Below the pieces are notes generated by a model, which worked only from the letters and a program-made list of their open reading frames with translations, searched no databases and was not told where the DNA came from. This document shows positions 63,998 through 64,000 of a stretch of 64,000 nucleotides of DNA, one piece after another. Numbering within the stretch: the stretch's first letter is position 1; every line of letters begins with the position of its first letter. Origin of the DNA: a virus; the IMG/VR virus record IMGVR_UViG_3300031963_000105. One strand, written 5' to 3'. A program made the translations under genes and the position numbers.

Positions 63998-64000
63998 ATA

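Noticed and set aside
1-64000. Stop-codon reassignment (alternative genetic code), as in some large phages
   Set aside because: Core genes (43, 41, uvsX, 17, 18, nrdA) are full length in code 11, and TAA, TAG and TGA all act as stops at tightly packed junctions.
1-64000. tRNA genes, CRISPR mini-arrays, integrase or IS elements
   Set aside because: Intergenic gaps are short and AT-rich; I saw no cloverleaf/T-loop signature, repeat-spacer periodicity or transposase motifs. A tRNAscan/CRISPR search would be the formal check.

Overview
This is a 64 kb, strongly AT-rich segment of a large T4-like (contractile-tailed) dsDNA bacteriophage read in the standard genetic code. I saw no tRNA, rRNA, CRISPR array, integrase or transposon. 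Layout: (i) 1-14 kb, + strand, replication/recombination module: gp46, a GT-B glycosyltransferase, gp43 DNA polymerase, UvsX, gp41 helicase, a DHH protein, a gp59-like protein, gp32 and gp45. (ii) 14-35 kb, mostly - strand, tail/baseplate/packaging module: a split gp5 whose OB-fold carries inserted M15 peptidase and lysozyme domains, a gp27-like hub, gp3, gp17 terminase, gp53, gp48, tape measure, two gp26-like proteins, gp54, gp19 and gp18. (iii) 35-64 kb accessory region: PhoH, gp14, AAA ATPase plus nuclease, class I RNR, dUTPase, GMP reductase, phosphoesterase, two deaminases, Hsp20, two SGNH-like paralogues, carbamoyltransferase, a GP88-like protein, an ADP-ribosyltransferase-like protein, a DenV-like glycosylase, an ASCH protein and many small ORFs. 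Two promoter classes are visible: sigma70-like TTGAYT-16/17-TAnnnT before replication and metabolic genes, and T4-late-like TAA(A/G)TA boxes about 5-12 nt before late ATGs, with almost no Shine-Dalgarno sequences. Strongest hunt leads: about 17 unrelated late genes share capsid-targeting-like N-terminal propeptides, suggesting a large injected cargo; the hsp20 mRNA is enclosed by a long 5'UTR/3'UTR duplex and has a ROSE-like hairpin over its SD and AUG; the spike OB-fold is interrupted by two wall hydrolases; and there is a possible i-spanin plus mini beta-barrel pair. All family assignments are from motif recognition by eye; no searches were run.
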